DNA of 64,000 bases from Rhizobiaceae bacterium (GCA_035555795.1 DATMGE010000077.1:19568-83567); one strand, 5' to 3'. Shown: positions 39,412 to 50,778, counted from the stretch's first letter. Made by a program: numbers and translations. The notes: generated by a model from the sequence alone, not told the origin.

Positions 39412-40371
39412 ATGCTTGTGAACGGAAAATGGACGACGGACTGGCAACCGGTCCAGAAGGCCGACGCGGAAGGGCGGTTTCTGCGCCAGACGTCGAGCTT
39501 CCGCAACTGGGTGACGCCGGACGGCAGCGCCGGCGCGACGGGCGAGGGCGGCTTCAAGGCGGAGCCCGGCCGCTACCATCTCTATGTGGCGCTGATCTGC
39601 CCCTGGGCCTCGCGCACGCTGATCGGGCGCAAGCTCAAGAAGCTCGACGAGGTGATTTCCGTCTCCGTCGTCGAGCCGGCGCTGACGGAACAGGGCTGGC
39701 GCTTCGGCGACTATCCCGGCGCGGATCGCGACGAGGTCAATGGCGCTACTTACATGCACGAGCTCTATACGCGTGCCGATCCCGAAATATCGGGCAGGGC
39801 GACGGTGCCGGTCTTGTGGGACCGGCAGCGCGGCACGATCGTCAACAATGAGTCCGCCGATATATTGCGGATGATGAATTCCGGCTTCGGCGATCTCGCC
39901 GACTCCGCCTTCGACCTCTATCCGGCCGATCTGCAGGTGCAGATCGATGCGCTGAACGCCAGCATCTATCCGCGCTTCAACAATGGCGTCTATCGCGCCG
40001 GCTTCGCCACCAGCCAGAAGGCGTATGAGGAGGCCTTCCAGGAGGTGTTCGCCACGCTCGACGAAGTCGAGGAGAGCCTCGGCGACGGCAGGGGCTTCCT
40101 CCTCGGCGAGCGCCTCACGGAGGCCGATGTGCGGTTATTCGTGACCTTGGTGCGCTTCGATGTGGCCTATCACGGCCTGTTCAAGTGCAATCTGCGGCGC
40201 ATTGCAGACTATCCCCGCTTGAGCGCCTATCTGGACCGTTTCCTCGGTGTGCCTGGCGTGCGCGAGACGGTCAATATCGACCATATCAAGCGCGGCTACT
40301 ATTCGATCAAGGCGCTGAACCCGACCGGCATCGTGCCTGTTGGACCGGCATTGCCGAAGGCGCTGGCGTAA
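39412..40371 (+). CDS. yqjG: Glutathionyl-hydroquinone reductase
   Basis: CPWASR, TVPVLWD, NNESADI, NNGVY, HIKRGYY. Confidence 0.92.
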   Translation: MLVNGKWTTDWQPVQKADAEGRFLRQTSSFRNWVTPDGSAGATGEGGFKAEPGRYHLYVALICPWASRTLIGRKLKKLDEVISVSVVEPALTEQGWRFGDYPGADRDEVNGATYMHELYTRADPEISGRATVPVLWDRQRGTIVNNESADILRMMNSGFGDLADSAFDLYPADLQVQIDALNASIYPRFNNGVYRAGFATSQKAYEEAFQEVFATLDEVEESLGDGRGFLLGERLTEADVRLFVTLVRFDVAYHGLFKCNLRRIADYPRLSAYLDRFLGVPGVRETVNIDHIKRGYYSIKALNPTGIVPVGPALPKALA

Positions 40372-40377
40372 CCGCGA

Positions 40378-40947
40378 TCAACGGCCCGGCAAGGGAGCAA
40401 GTGACGACAGCGCCGCGACGAATGCCTGCGTCGCGGCCTCGACAGCGCCGGAATTGTCGATGCGGATGTGGGTCGCGCCTGCGGGAACCACGACCACCAT
40501 CGATCGCCTGATCCTCTGCAGGGCGTCCGGGCCGGATTCGCGCCCACGCCTTGCAATGCGTTCCGCCAGCGTCGCCTCCGCGACCGTGATCTCGACAATG
40601 GCGAGCTTGCCGAATGTGCCGAGACAATCGGCAAGGCTTGCCCGCGACACATTGGCGATGACGGCATGGCCGGATTTCACGGCGTGCAGCGCGGCGGCGG
40701 GCAGGCCGTAATGCAGACCGTGCGCACCCCAACTGACGCTGAACGCACCGCCTTGCCGGGCTTTCTCGAAGGCTTCGACGCTCAGCGTGTCGTGATCTTC
40801 CGTCACGCCGTCCGATGGCCGGGTGATGACCCGGCGCACGAACAGCATGTCCCCGCGATCCGGGAAGGCTTCGGCGGCGCGCGTCAGCAATGTATCCTTG
40901 CCCGCGCCGCTCGGCCCTACGACGGCGATGAAGATGCCTTCAGGCAA
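40378..40947 (-). CDS. phnN: Ribose 1,5-bisphosphokinase
   Basis: VVGPSGAGKDTL, RRVITR, AHGLHYG; TTG 40947 or GTG 40980 start. Confidence 0.93.
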   Translation of the reverse strand: MPEGIFIAVVGPSGAGKDTLLTRAAEAFPDRGDMLFVRRVITRPSDGVTEDHDTLSVEAFEKARQGGAFSVSWGAHGLHYGLPAAALHAVKSGHAVIANVSRASLADCLGTFGKLAIVEITVAEATLAERIARRGRESGPDALQRIRRSMVVVVPAGATHIRIDNSGAVEAATQAFVAALSSLAPLPGR

Positions 40948-42079
40948 CGCGCTTGCCTTCCCGCCAGACGGCTGCGACACGCGGCGGCCTGCCGGCCGTG
41001 CTGGCGACGCGCACGAGGTCGGCGCGCCGTCCGATCTCGATCCTGCCCCGGTCGGACAGGCCCGCTGCGTCGGCGGGGTTTGCCGAGATTAGCCTGATCG
41101 CGCCGGGCAGATCCGTCTGCGAACGGTCGGCCAGCAGGAATGCGGCTTGCACCAGGCTGAAGGGCACATAGTCCGATGAGAGAATGTCGAGGGCGTCGGC
41201 CTGCAGCAGGTCGAGGGCGGAGACATTGCCGGAATGCGAACCGCCGCGCACGACATTCGGTGCCCCCATCAGCACATGCAGCCCGGCCTGGCGCGACAGT
41301 TTGGCGGCCTCCATCGTGGTCGGGAACTCGGCCAGGCCAATGCCGAGCGAAACGCTTTCCTCGACATGGGCCGCCGTCGCGTCGTCATGCGACGCCATGG
41401 CGATTCCCGCGCCGGCGCAGCGCTCGGCGATCAGCCGGCGGTTCCGGTCGGAATTGACCTCCGATTCCGCGATGCGCCGCTCGCTATAGGCCAGGAATTC
41501 CGCATCCGAGAGCTTCTTCTTGCCCTGATAGTAGATGCGGTAGGCTTCGAGGCTGACGAACTGCCGCTGGCCCGGCGCATGGTCCATCAGCGAAGCGAGG
41601 CGCACGCGGTCATTCTGGCTGATCGCGTCGAAATGCGCGACGACGTCGGACACCGAGACTTCGCAGCGCAGATGGATGAAGTGATCGGCACGGAGGCGGC
41701 CTTCCGCGCTGGCGGAGGCGATCGTGTCCGCCATGGCCGACATGTCGGCGGCGGCGAATTCGGTGTCGCCTTCGAGGCCGACGCGCAGGGCGTCGAAGAC
41801 GGTGGTGATGCCGGATGTCGCGATCTGCCCGTCATGCGCATGGAGGGCGGCGTCGAGATTCCAGCGCACCTTGGGGCGCGGCTGGAGATGGGTTTCCAGG
41901 TGATCGGTGTGGAGCTCGACGCAGCCGGGGATCAGCGTGTCGCCGTCGAGGTTCTCGCCTGCCTGTACCGAGCCCGAAGCGATGTCCGCGATCCTGCCTT
42001 CGCGCACGACAACCGTGCCGTGCACGATCTCGTCAGGCAATACGATGCGGGCATTGGTGAAGATCTCTTCTGGAATCAT
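40940..42079 (-). CDS. phnM: Ribose 1-methylphosphonate 5-triphosphate diphosphatase
   Basis: ELHTDHLE, MDHAPGQRQF, SHDD, GGSHSGN, SSDY. Confidence 0.95.
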   Translation of the reverse strand: MIPEEIFTNARIVLPDEIVHGTVVVREGRIADIASGSVQAGENLDGDTLIPGCVELHTDHLETHLQPRPKVRWNLDAALHAHDGQIATSGITTVFDALRVGLEGDTEFAAADMSAMADTIASASAEGRLRADHFIHLRCEVSVSDVVAHFDAISQNDRVRLASLMDHAPGQRQFVSLEAYRIYYQGKKKLSDAEFLAYSERRIAESEVNSDRNRRLIAERCAGAGIAMASHDDATAAHVEESVSLGIGLAEFPTTMEAAKLSRQAGLHVLMGAPNVVRGGSHSGNVSALDLLQADALDILSSDYVPFSLVQAAFLLADRSQTDLPGAIRLISANPADAAGLSDRGRIEIGRRADLVRVASTAGRPPRVAAVWREGKRVA

Positions 42080-42083
42080 GGCA

Positions 42084-42761
42084 TCAACCGGAGGCTTGGG
42101 CGAAGGCGTGGCGGGCGTGGACATGGAAGGGTGCGCCGGCATCCGGCTCCACGAAGAGCGCGAGGGCGTCGATGGTGAGCGGGCGTGCGAGAAGGTCGGC
42201 GAAATCGGCGCGAATGTGGCGTTCCGCCTCCGGCAATGCCGTCGCGTCGAGCGCGTTGGACAGCGTCATGTGGAAGCGGAAGTCGGAGCCGACATGCGGA
42301 TAGCCCCAGCGATCGAGATTCGCCCGCTGGCGATCCGTCAGAAGGTCCGGCCGGCGGCGGGCGACTTCCGCTTCGGTCAGGGGTGCGCGAAACGGCTCGA
42401 AATGCGTGCGGATGCCGGTCTCCAGCCCGGACAGGCCATGAACCGGGCCGGTCGGCGTGAGGGCAAGGAAATTGCCGATGCGCGCAAGCGCAAGCGGCCC
42501 CAGCGCGACCGGCTCCTGCTCTTGCGCAAACGCCTTCAGTGCAGCGTCGAGTTCGGCGAGAGACCTGCCATCGGCGAGGCGGAACGGCGCCTTCAGCGTC
42601 GCGTGAAAGCCGTAGCGCGCGGGATCGCTGACGAGCGGGTCGATCGCCGGGTCGGCAGCACGCGTCGCGCATCTGTCGAAGGCATCGCGGCCGAGCCAGA
42701 GGGCCGCGCGCCGGGTCAGCGGGTCGTCCTGCGCAGGCGTATGGTAGATCGCCACCCGCAT
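42084..42761 (-). CDS. DUF1045 2H-phosphoesterase
   Basis: YGFHATLKAPF and FRFHMTLS twin HxT motifs. Confidence 0.9.
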   Translation of the reverse strand: MRVAIYHTPAQDDPLTRRAALWLGRDAFDRCATRAADPAIDPLVSDPARYGFHATLKAPFRLADGRSLAELDAALKAFAQEQEPVALGPLALARIGNFLALTPTGPVHGLSGLETGIRTHFEPFRAPLTEAEVARRRPDLLTDRQRANLDRWGYPHVGSDFRFHMTLSNALDATALPEAERHIRADFADLLARPLTIDALALFVEPDAGAPFHVHARHAFAQASG

Positions 42762-43594
42762 CAGATGACGAGCTTCCGCAGCTGCTGCGAGATCAGGTCC
42801 ATGATGGTGACTGTGATGACCACGATGATCAGGATTGCGGCTGCCTGCGGATAGTAGAAGGCGCGAATGGATTCGAAGAGAACCTGGCCGATGCCGCCCG
42901 CGCCGATAATGCCGAGCACGGTCGCCGAACGGATGTTGGATTCGAGGCGATAGAGCGAAAAGGAGATCCACAGCGGCAGGACCTGCGGGATGACGCCGTA
43001 GATCACCTGCTGCACGCGCGATGCGCCGGTGGTGCGGATCGCCTCGACGGGACGCGGATCGATCGCCTCCACGGCCTCCGAGAAGAGTTTCGCCAGGATG
43101 CCGGTGGTGTGAATGAAAAGCGCCATGACGCCGGCGAAGGGGCCCAGGCCCACCGCGACGACGAAGAGCACGGCAAAGACGACTTCATGGATGGCGCGGA
43201 ACAGGTCCATCAGGCGGCGCACCGGCTGCAGCACCCACCAGGGCACCATATTGTGCGCCGACAGGATGCCGAAGGGAACCGAGAGCACGACGGCAAGGAA
43301 CGTGCCCCAGAGCGCGATCTGGATCGTGACGATCATCTCTTCGAGATAGAAGCGCCAGTCCTTGAAGTCCGGCTGCAGGAAGCCGGATGCATATTCGGCC
43401 ATATTGCCGGAATCGGTGAAGAGATAGGTCCATCGACCCATCTCGGCGGGCCCCCAGCTGATCGCCAGGGCAAGGATGAGAATGGCGAGGAAACCCAGAT
43501 TGCGCAGGCCGCCCGGCGCGCGCGCGGCTTCCGGCGCCGGTGCCGAAGGTCTGGCCGGTGCGGCGACGCCGCTTGTGGTGACGGTCTGGTCCAT
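42761..43594 (-). CDS. phnE: Phosphonate ABC permease
   Basis: [26 protein letters not shown]. Confidence 0.95.
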   Translation of the reverse strand: MDQTVTTSGVAAPARPSAPAPEAARAPGGLRNLGFLAILILALAISWGPAEMGRWTYLFTDSGNMAEYASGFLQPDFKDWRFYLEEMIVTIQIALWGTFLAVVLSVPFGILSAHNMVPWWVLQPVRRLMDLFRAIHEVVFAVLFVVAVGLGPFAGVMALFIHTTGILAKLFSEAVEAIDPRPVEAIRTTGASRVQQVIYGVIPQVLPLWISFSLYRLESNIRSATVLGIIGAGGIGQVLFESIRAFYYPQAAAILIIVVITVTIMDLISQQLRKLVI

Positions 43595-43620
43595 GGTCGC
43601 TCTCGGCTGGTTACGGGCAG

Positions 43621-43649
43621 AAAAAGGGCGGCCCGACCAGGCCGCCCTT
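43621..43649 (-). terminator. Intercistronic hairpin with U-tract after phnD
   Basis: AAGGGCGGCC..GGCCGCCCTTTTT on the minus strand. Confidence 0.65.
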
Positions 43650-43662
43650 CGGTCGAATGCGG

Positions 43663-44652
43663 TCAGCCGGCGGCGTTGAGCTCGGCTTCGTACTTGGCCT
43701 TCTCGGCGTTCAGCTCGTCGAGCTTCGCCTTCTTGGCCTCGGCGGACATGGAGGCGTCGGCCTCGGTCTGGGCGATCGACTTCGTGAGCTCCATCACGCG
43801 GATCGGCAGGAGCTGCTTGTCGGAGGAGGCGCGGAACGGCGCCCATTTGAGGCCGGCGAGCACTTCCTTCTCGGCGGCGACGTCGCCGGTCGACTGGTCG
43901 GTGCCGTAGGTCAGGAAGAATTCCCTGATCTTGGCCTTCTGCTCGTCGGACAGGTCCTTGCGCCAGACGATCGGATCGGCCGGGATCAGCGGCGAGCGCC
44001 AGATCTCGCGGATGTTCGCGAAGGCCTTGGGCTGGTTCTGCTCGATCAGCGCCATGCTCTCGGTGTTGTTGGCGGCCGCGTCGACCTGCTTGTTGGCCAC
44101 CGCCATCGCATTGGTCTCGTGGTTGGCGTTGGTGACGTTCTTGAAGCAGGTCTTGGGGTCGATGCCCTTGGCGCTGAACACGAAGGTCATCGGAACGAGG
44201 AAGCCGGAGGTGGAGTTCGGATCACCGAGGCCGAAGTTGAGCGACTGGTCGCACTTCAGCAGGTCGTCGAGCGACTGGATCGGCGAATCCTTCGGCACGA
44301 TCACGACCGACCAGTAGCCGGGCTCGCCCGTCACCGCGACGCTCTGCACGAAGACTTCGCCCTGGGCGCGGTCAACGGCTTCCATGGCCGACTTGTTGCC
44401 GTACCAGGCCATCTGCACCTTGCCGAAGCGCATGCCTTCGATGATGCCGGCATAGTCCGAGGCGAAGAACGGCTTGATCTCGAGGCCGGTCTTCTCGCTC
44501 ATGGCTGCGAGCAGCGGGTCCCAGCTCGTCTTGAGGTTCTGCTGGGATTCGGTCGAGATGATACCGAAGTTGATGACGTCCTGGGCCAGGGCGGCAGTGG
44601 ACATCGCGCAGGCGAGCGACATCGCCGCCAGGCGCTTGAAGATAGCGTTCAT
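43663..44652 (-). CDS. phnD: Phosphonate ABC substrate-binding protein
   Basis: [25 protein letters not shown]. Confidence 0.95.
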   Translation of the reverse strand: MNAIFKRLAAMSLACAMSTAALAQDVINFGIISTESQQNLKTSWDPLLAAMSEKTGLEIKPFFASDYAGIIEGMRFGKVQMAWYGNKSAMEAVDRAQGEVFVQSVAVTGEPGYWSVVIVPKDSPIQSLDDLLKCDQSLNFGLGDPNSTSGFLVPMTFVFSAKGIDPKTCFKNVTNANHETNAMAVANKQVDAAANNTESMALIEQNQPKAFANIREIWRSPLIPADPIVWRKDLSDEQKAKIREFFLTYGTDQSTGDVAAEKEVLAGLKWAPFRASSDKQLLPIRVMELTKSIAQTEADASMSAEAKKAKLDELNAEKAKYEAELNAAG

Positions 44653-44679
44653 TGTAATGTCTCCGATTTGACGTAGCGG

Positions 44680-45519
44680 TCAGGCGTGCATGGGCACCGG
44701 CTGGCGTGTGGTCTGCTGCGCCGGTACGGCGGGCATCGGCTCGGCCGGGGCGTCCGGCAGAACCAGTTCTTCCGAAGCGTCGCCGTAAAGCTCGGCCAGG
44801 AAAGCGTTGGACAGGGCAGTGGAAGGCCCGTCATAGACGATGCGGCCGTCGCGCATGGCGATGGTGCGCTTGCAGTAGCGCCGCGCATATTCGACCTGGT
44901 GCAGGGAGACGAGGACGGTGATCCTTTCCTGCGTATTGATGTCGGCCAGCACGTCCATGACACGGCGGGCGGCGGAGGGATCCAGCGCGGAGATCGGCTC
45001 GTCGGCGATCAGGATCTCGGCCTTCTGAACCAGCGTGCGTGCGATCGCGGCGCGCTGTTGCTGGCCTCCGGAAAGCGTCGAGGAGCGCTGCGCGGCGACG
45101 TGGGGAATGCCGACGCGGGCCAGTGCCTCCACCGCTCTCGCCTTTTCGGCGCGGTTGAAGATGCCCAGCGTGCCGCGCCATCGCGGAACCTTGCCGAGAT
45201 TGCCGATCAGCACATTGGTGAGCACGGAAAGGCGGCCGACCAGATTGAACTGCTGGAAGATGACGGCCACGCGGCCAACGCGCCGGCCGCCGGCAAGCCT
45301 GCCGCCGGACTGGGACACCTTGTCGAGGATGACGACCTTGCCATTGGCTCCGTCGCCGGCTTCGAGGCCTGCAATATGGCGGATCAGCGTGCTCTTGCCG
45401 GAGCCGGAGGCGCCGATCAGGGCGACCATCTCGCCACGCTGCAATTCGACGCTCACATCGTCCAGCGCCCTGGTTCGCCCATAGCGCTTGGAGAGGTTGG
45501 AAACACTGATCGCGGTCAT
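44680..45519 (-). CDS. phnC: Phosphonate ABC ATPase
   Basis: [28 protein letters not shown]. Confidence 0.95.
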   Translation of the reverse strand: MTAISVSNLSKRYGRTRALDDVSVELQRGEMVALIGASGSGKSTLIRHIAGLEAGDGANGKVVILDKVSQSGGRLAGGRRVGRVAVIFQQFNLVGRLSVLTNVLIGNLGKVPRWRGTLGIFNRAEKARAVEALARVGIPHVAAQRSSTLSGGQQQRAAIARTLVQKAEILIADEPISALDPSAARRVMDVLADINTQERITVLVSLHQVEYARRYCKRTIAMRDGRIVYDGPSTALSNAFLAELYGDASEELVLPDAPAEPMPAVPAQQTTRQPVPMHA

Positions 45520-45578
45520 GCGCTGATCTCCGTTTTTCCCGCCCTACACGGGGTGAATAACCGTGCGACGACGATCCG

Positions 45579-45596
45579 GTGACGTTTCGGTGACAG
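45579..45596 (-). promoter_or_regulatory. Pho box upstream of phnC
   Basis: CTGTCAC-CGAA-ACGTCAC. Confidence 0.7.
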
Positions 45597-45603
45597 GCGG
45601 ATG

Positions 45604-46221
45604 TTACCCACCGTGCCGTTCCAGGAAGGCCTCCGCCGAGAGCGAGCGGAAGTCCTCCAGCGCCTCGAAAAGCCTGTCATGCGGCCAGTCCCACCAGGCC
45701 AGCGCCGTCATTCGCTCGCCCGTTCCCGCCGCGAAACGATTGCGGATGAGCCTTGCGGGAACGCCGCCGACGATGGTGTAGGGCGCGACATCCTTCGACA
45801 CGACCGCGCCGGCGCCGATGACCGCGCCATTGCCGATGCGGACGCCCGGCAGCAGCGTCGCGCCATGGCCGATCCAGACATCATGGCCGATCGTCACCGC
45901 ATTGCCGCGGCGCCAGTCGAAGAAGGCGGCCTCGTCGTCGGCTCCGTCGAAATAGTCGCCGGCGCGATAGGTGAAATGGTGAAGGGTCGCCCGCCAGGTC
46001 GGGTGGTTGGTGGCGTTGATACGCACGGCAGCCGCGACATTCACGAACTTGCCGATGGTCGCGCACCAGATGGAGCAGTCCTCCATCACATAGGAATAGT
46101 CGCCGAGCGCGACCTCGCGCAGCCGCGACCGCGCCTCGACCTCGGTATAGCGGCCGAGCGTCGTCTCGCTCACCTCGGCGGTGGCGTGGATCAACGGCGT
46201 ATGTTCGCTGAGCTTCGGCAT
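45604..46221 (-). CDS. Phosphonate-cluster hexapeptide-repeat acetyltransferase
   Basis: [33 protein letters not shown]. Confidence 0.9.
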   Translation of the reverse strand: MPKLSEHTPLIHATAEVSETTLGRYTEVEARSRLREVALGDYSYVMEDCSIWCATIGKFVNVAAAVRINATNHPTWRATLHHFTYRAGDYFDGADDEAAFFDWRRGNAVTIGHDVWIGHGATLLPGVRIGNGAVIGAGAVVSKDVAPYTIVGGVPARLIRNRFAAGTGERMTALAWWDWPHDRLFEALEDFRSLSAEAFLERHGG

Positions 46222-46937
46222 CACGCGGCCGCCCGTGCGGAAAAGGCAGAGACGTCGATGATGCGCGTCGCGACAGCCTCGCGCACGGGAATGTCGTGGA
46301 AGATGCCGAGGATCGCCGTGCCGACCGCCAGTTTCTCGCCGATCATGCTGACCACGACGTCGCGGTTTGCGGCATCGAGCGATGCAGTGGGCTCGTCGAG
46401 CAGCAGGACCGGGTGATCCGTGATGAAGCCGCGCGCGATGTTGACCCGCTGCTTCTCGCCGCCCGAGAAGGTGGCCGGCGGCAGGCTGAACAAGGCGGAG
46501 GGCAGGTTCAGCCGCTCCAGCATTTCGGCGGCGCGCTTCGTCGCCTGTCCGCGATCCGCGCCCCGCGCCACCAGCGGTTCGGCAACGACGTCGAGCGCCG
46601 AGACGCGCGGCACGGCGCGCAGGAACTGGCTGACATAGCCGATGGAATCGCGGCGCAGGTCGAGCACCATCCGCGGTTCGCCGATGGCGAGGTCGGCCAT
46701 CTCGCCGCTATGCCGGTCGCGCACCAGAATCTGGCCGGCATCGACGGCGTAGTTGCCGTAGACCATGCGCAGGATGGAGGACTTCCCCACGCCGGACGGT
46801 CCGCCGAGCACGACGCATTCGCCCGGCCGCACATCGAAGGTGACATTGGCGACCACCGGCAAGCGGAGGCCGTCGCGCAGATGCATGGTGAAGGATTTCG
46901 CCACGCCGCCCACGGAAAGGAGTGCATCGGTCGTCAT
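46221..46937 (-). CDS. phnL: C-P lyase ATP-binding protein PhnL
   Basis: [22 protein letters not shown]. Confidence 0.95.
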   Translation of the reverse strand: MTTDALLSVGGVAKSFTMHLRDGLRLPVVANVTFDVRPGECVVLGGPSGVGKSSILRMVYGNYAVDAGQILVRDRHSGEMADLAIGEPRMVLDLRRDSIGYVSQFLRAVPRVSALDVVAEPLVARGADRGQATKRAAEMLERLNLPSALFSLPPATFSGGEKQRVNIARGFITDHPVLLLDEPTASLDAANRDVVVSMIGEKLAVGTAILGIFHDIPVREAVATRIIDVSAFSARAAA

Positions 46938-46938
46938 C

Positions 46939-47715
46939 TCAGCTCTCCGGGATCGAGGCGACGAGAAGCTGCGTGTAGGGGTGGAGCGGATCGTCCAGCA
47001 CCCTGTCGGTCAGGCCCTGCTCGACGATGCGTCCGTCCTTCATGACGATCATGCGCTGCGACAGGAGGCGGGCCACCGCGAGATCGTGGGTGACGATGAC
47101 GACCGCAAGTTCGAGCTCGGCGACCAGCATGCGCAGCAGGTCGAGAACCCGCGCCTGCACCGAGACATCCAGGCCGCCGGTCGGTTCGTCCATGAAGATC
47201 AGCCGCGGATGCGTCACCAGGTTGCGGGCGATCTGCAGGCGCTGGCGCATGCCGCCGGAAAAGGCGACCGGCTTGTCGTCGATGCGGATCGCCGCGATCT
47301 CGACGCGCTCGAGCCAGTCCGACGCGGTCTGCCTTATGTCGCCATAGTGGCGCTGGCCCACCGCCATCAGCCGCTCGCTGACATTGGCGCCGGCCGATAC
47401 GCGCATACGCAGTCCGTCGGCGGGGTTCTGGTGGACGAAGCCCCAGTCGGTGCGCATCAGGAACCGGCGTTCAGCCTCGCCCAGCTCGTTCAGGTCGGGA
47501 AAGCGCCCATCGCGCATGCGATAGCGGATTTCGCCGCCACTGCGTTCCATCCGGGCGGAGATGCAGTTGAGCATCGTCGTCTTGCCGGAGCCGGACTCGC
47601 CGACGATGGCGACGACCTCGCCCGGCCAAACGTCGAAGGAGATGTCCGTGCAGCCGATGAAACTGCCATAGCGGCGTTCGAGATTGCGAACGGAGAGAAT
47701 GGGTTCGCTGCTCAT
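46939..47715 (-). CDS. phnK: C-P lyase ATP-binding protein PhnK
   Basis: RTDWGFVHQNP, FSGGMRQRLQIARNL. Confidence 0.95.
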   Translation of the reverse strand: MSSEPILSVRNLERRYGSFIGCTDISFDVWPGEVVAIVGESGSGKTTMLNCISARMERSGGEIRYRMRDGRFPDLNELGEAERRFLMRTDWGFVHQNPADGLRMRVSAGANVSERLMAVGQRHYGDIRQTASDWLERVEIAAIRIDDKPVAFSGGMRQRLQIARNLVTHPRLIFMDEPTGGLDVSVQARVLDLLRMLVAELELAVVIVTHDLAVARLLSQRMIVMKDGRIVEQGLTDRVLDDPLHPYTQLLVASIPES

Positions 47716-48611
47716 TCGGCGGCCTCCGGGCTGGTGGCATGGCCATGCTGCGGCAGGCCCTTGCCCTGATGTCCGGCGGCGCGGCGCGTCTCGCAGTGGT
47801 CGGTGTCGGAGCAGACGAACATACGCCCGCCCCGGTCGTCCGTGACCACCTCGTCGAGATAGACTCCGGATGCGTCGCACAGGGCGCAATGCGCGGTGAA
47901 TGTCTGGACCTGGAACGGGTGGTCCTCGAAATCGAGGCTTGCGACCTCCGTGAAGGGCGGCAGCGCATAGATGCGCTTTTCGCGGCCCGCGCCGAAGAGC
48001 TGCAGGGCCGGCGAGCGGTGCATCTTGGGATTGTCGAATTTCGGGATGGGCGAGGGGTCCATCACATAGCGGCCCTCGACCTTCACCGGATAGGCATAGG
48101 TCGTGGCGATATGGCCGTGCTGCGCGATGTCCTCATAGAGCTTGACGTGGATCAGCCCGTATTCTTCCAGCCCGTGCATGATGCGCGTCTCGGTCTCGCG
48201 CGGCTCGAGGAAGCGCAGGGGTTCGGGGATCGGCACCTGATAGACGATGATCTGGCCTGCATTCAGGGGCGTCTCGGGAATGCGGTGCCGGGTCTGGATG
48301 ATCGTCGCTTCGTCCGTCCGTGTCGTGGTGGCGACATTGGCGACCTTGGCGAAGAAGGCGCGGATGGAGACGGCGTTCGTCGTGTCGTCGGCGCCCTGGT
48401 CGATGACCTTCAGCACGTCGTCCGGCCCAAGGACCGAGGCGGTGACCTGCACGCCGCCCGTGCCCCAGCCATAGGGCATCGGCATTTCCCGGCTGGCGAA
48501 TGGCACCTGATAGCCGGGAATGGCGACCGCCTTGAGGATGGCGCGGCGGATCATCCGCTTCGTCTGCTCGTCCAGATAGGCGAAGTTGTAGGTGGGGAGC
48601 GCGCCGGTCAT
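47712..48611 (-). CDS. phnJ: C-P lyase radical SAM subunit
   Basis: YNFAYLDEQTKR, PYGWGTGG, CX2C..CSDTDHC. Confidence 0.96.
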   Translation of the reverse strand: MTGALPTYNFAYLDEQTKRMIRRAILKAVAIPGYQVPFASREMPMPYGWGTGGVQVTASVLGPDDVLKVIDQGADDTTNAVSIRAFFAKVANVATTTRTDEATIIQTRHRIPETPLNAGQIIVYQVPIPEPLRFLEPRETETRIMHGLEEYGLIHVKLYEDIAQHGHIATTYAYPVKVEGRYVMDPSPIPKFDNPKMHRSPALQLFGAGREKRIYALPPFTEVASLDFEDHPFQVQTFTAHCALCDASGVYLDEVVTDDRGGRMFVCSDTDHCETRRAAGHQGKGLPQHGHATSPEAAE

Positions 48612-49708
48612 TCCGCTGCCTCGCTCAGGGATGTGTGGTCTTCTTCCGCCTTCGCTTCGTTCCGCAGCGTGCGCAGCAGGTCGAGCTCGGCCTGGAAGTC
48701 GACATAATGCGGCAGCTTCAGGTGCTCGACGAAGCCGGTCGCCTGCACATTGTCGCAATGTTCCAGCACGAATTCCTCGTCCTGCGCCGGGGCGAGGCGC
48801 TGTTCGTCGAACTCGTCGGCGCGCAGCGCCCGGTCGACCAGGCTGACCGCCATCGCCTTGCGTTCCGACTGGCCGAAGACGAGGCCGTAGCCGCGGGTGA
48901 AGCGCGGCTCGCCGCCCGCCACATCCTTGAACTGGGACACCATCTGGCATTCGGTGACGCGGACGCCGCCGACATTCACCGCGAAACCGAGCTCGGGAAT
49001 GTCGATCTCGACATCGACCAGCCCGATGCGGATTTCACCGACGAAAGGATGGGTGCGGCCATAGCCGCGCTGCGTCGAATAGCCGAGCGCCAGCAGGAAG
49101 CCTTCGTCGCCGCGCGCCAGCGCCTGCAGGCGAAGATCGCGCCCGACCGGATATTCGATCGGCTCGCGGGTCAGGTCGGCCGGTTCGGCGTCGCCTGGGA
49201 TATCAGGCTCGATCAGGCCCTGTCCGTCGAGAATGTCCGTCACGCGCGGGCAGCCGCTTTCGTCCGGCCTTTCGCGGCGGAGCGCCTCATCCACCGGCCC
49301 GTCGCCCGCCATGGCCGGATCGATCAGGCGATGCGTGTAGTCGAAGGTGGGGCCGAGCAGCTGGCCGCCCGGAATATCCTTGAAGGTTGCCGAAATGCGC
49401 CGCTCGATCTGCATCGCATTGGTGTCGAGGGGGCGCGCATTGCCGAAGCGGGGCAGGGTGGTGCGATAGGCACGCAGCAGGAAGATCGCCTCGATCAGGT
49501 CGCCGCGCGCCTGGCGCACGGCCATCGCCGCGAGCTGCGGATCATAAAGCGAGCCTTCCGCCATGACGCGGTCCACCGCGAGCGACAGCTGGCCGGCGAT
49601 CTGGTCGAGCGACAGCGCCGGAACGTCGCGGTCGCCGCGCCGCCGGTCGGCCATCAGCCGATGGGCATTGGCGATCGCCGCTTCGCCGCCCTTTACCGCA
49701 ACATACAT
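48608..49708 (-). CDS. phnI: C-P lyase subunit PhnI
   Basis: MYVAVKGGE, HLKLPHYVDFQ. Confidence 0.96.
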   Translation of the reverse strand: MYVAVKGGEAAIANAHRLMADRRRGDRDVPALSLDQIAGQLSLAVDRVMAEGSLYDPQLAAMAVRQARGDLIEAIFLLRAYRTTLPRFGNARPLDTNAMQIERRISATFKDIPGGQLLGPTFDYTHRLIDPAMAGDGPVDEALRRERPDESGCPRVTDILDGQGLIEPDIPGDAEPADLTREPIEYPVGRDLRLQALARGDEGFLLALGYSTQRGYGRTHPFVGEIRIGLVDVEIDIPELGFAVNVGGVRVTECQMVSQFKDVAGGEPRFTRGYGLVFGQSERKAMAVSLVDRALRADEFDEQRLAPAQDEEFVLEHCDNVQATGFVEHLKLPHYVDFQAELDLLRTLRNEAKAEEDHTSLSEAAE

Positions 49709-49711
49709 GGC

Positions 49712-50314
49712 TCAAGCCTCCGTGATGCGGGTGGTCCGCGGCAGCGCCATCGCCTGAGGCCCGCAGACGAGCAGCAGGTCGAAGCCGAGCGGGAAGCGCG
49801 CACGGTTCTGCGCCATCGCCGGGACGAAGCCGTCCGGCAGGCCGGCAGGGGAAATCGCGGCGGTCGTCTCTATTCCCGGTCCGGCAAGCAGGAGCGTTGG
49901 GCCGCCTGCGAGGCTTTCGACCGGCAGCAGCAACGTTGCCGAGCGATCCGGATAGGACGACGTGCCGATGGCGAAACGCGGCCAGTTTTCGACCGGACTG
50001 CGCGGCGCCAGAACCGCGAACGCGGCGCGGCCCGCATTGTCGGTGACGGGCGCGCCGGTGTGGAAGGCCAGCCATCCGGATGCGTCCCCGGCATCTTCCT
50101 CGAAGAAGACCGGCGTATCGTAATCCGCCAATGCGGCGAGGAAGGCGGCCGATGCCGGCATCAGCGGAGCCGGTGCGCGCGCCATGTCGCCGATATCGAC
50201 CATCCTGCCGGGATTGGCGAATGCATCCAGCATGTTGCGGAAAACCGCCTGCGAGCCGAGGACCGGTTCCGCGAGCCCGCCCTCATAGATCGCCTGGGAG
50301 CCGGGATGCGTCAT
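49712..50314 (-). CDS. phnH: C-P lyase subunit PhnH
   Basis: SQAVFR, FHTG, YPDRSAT, GPGI, LPRTT. Confidence 0.94.
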   Translation of the reverse strand: MTHPGSQAIYEGGLAEPVLGSQAVFRNMLDAFANPGRMVDIGDMARAPAPLMPASAAFLAALADYDTPVFFEEDAGDASGWLAFHTGAPVTDNAGRAAFAVLAPRSPVENWPRFAIGTSSYPDRSATLLLPVESLAGGPTLLLAGPGIETTAAISPAGLPDGFVPAMAQNRARFPLGFDLLLVCGPQAMALPRTTRITEA

Positions 50315-50778
50315 CAGTCTTCTCCCCGGACCATGGTGAAGAAGTCGACGCGCGTGGCTTCGGTCTCTTCCGCGCGGCGTTTGCGGCTCGCGGAGAGCGC
50401 TGCGAGGGCAGGAGCCACGAAGGTGGCTTCGATACGGTCCTGCCAGTCGTCCCGCTGCGCGAGCGCGTCGAGATGGGCGACGATCCGCGACTTTTCCACG
50501 TCGCGGCCGAGAATGACGGAATGACCGACCTCGCCGCTGGCGAGCCTCACCGTCGCGCGCGTCACCGTCGCCTCGCCGAGATTGAACGGAGCGCCGCCGC
50601 CGCCGATGCGTCCGCGCAGCATCACCATGCCGATCTCCGGGCCGCGCACCGCGATGGCCGCCGGCAGATCGTCGCCAAGCGCGGCATAGTCCCGGGCGAG
50701 GCACGCGGCATCCGCCGAAGCGAGCGCGTCCAGCGTGCGCTTCCGGTCGGTGGGGTTTCTTGGGATTGGAGCGCTCAT
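50314..50778 (-). CDS. phnG: C-P lyase subunit PhnG
   Basis: FNLGEATVTRA, TRVDFFTMVRGED. Confidence 0.95.
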   Translation of the reverse strand: MSAPIPRNPTDRKRTLDALASADAACLARDYAALGDDLPAAIAVRGPEIGMVMLRGRIGGGGAPFNLGEATVTRATVRLASGEVGHSVILGRDVEKSRIVAHLDALAQRDDWQDRIEATFVAPALAALSASRKRRAEETEATRVDFFTMVRGED

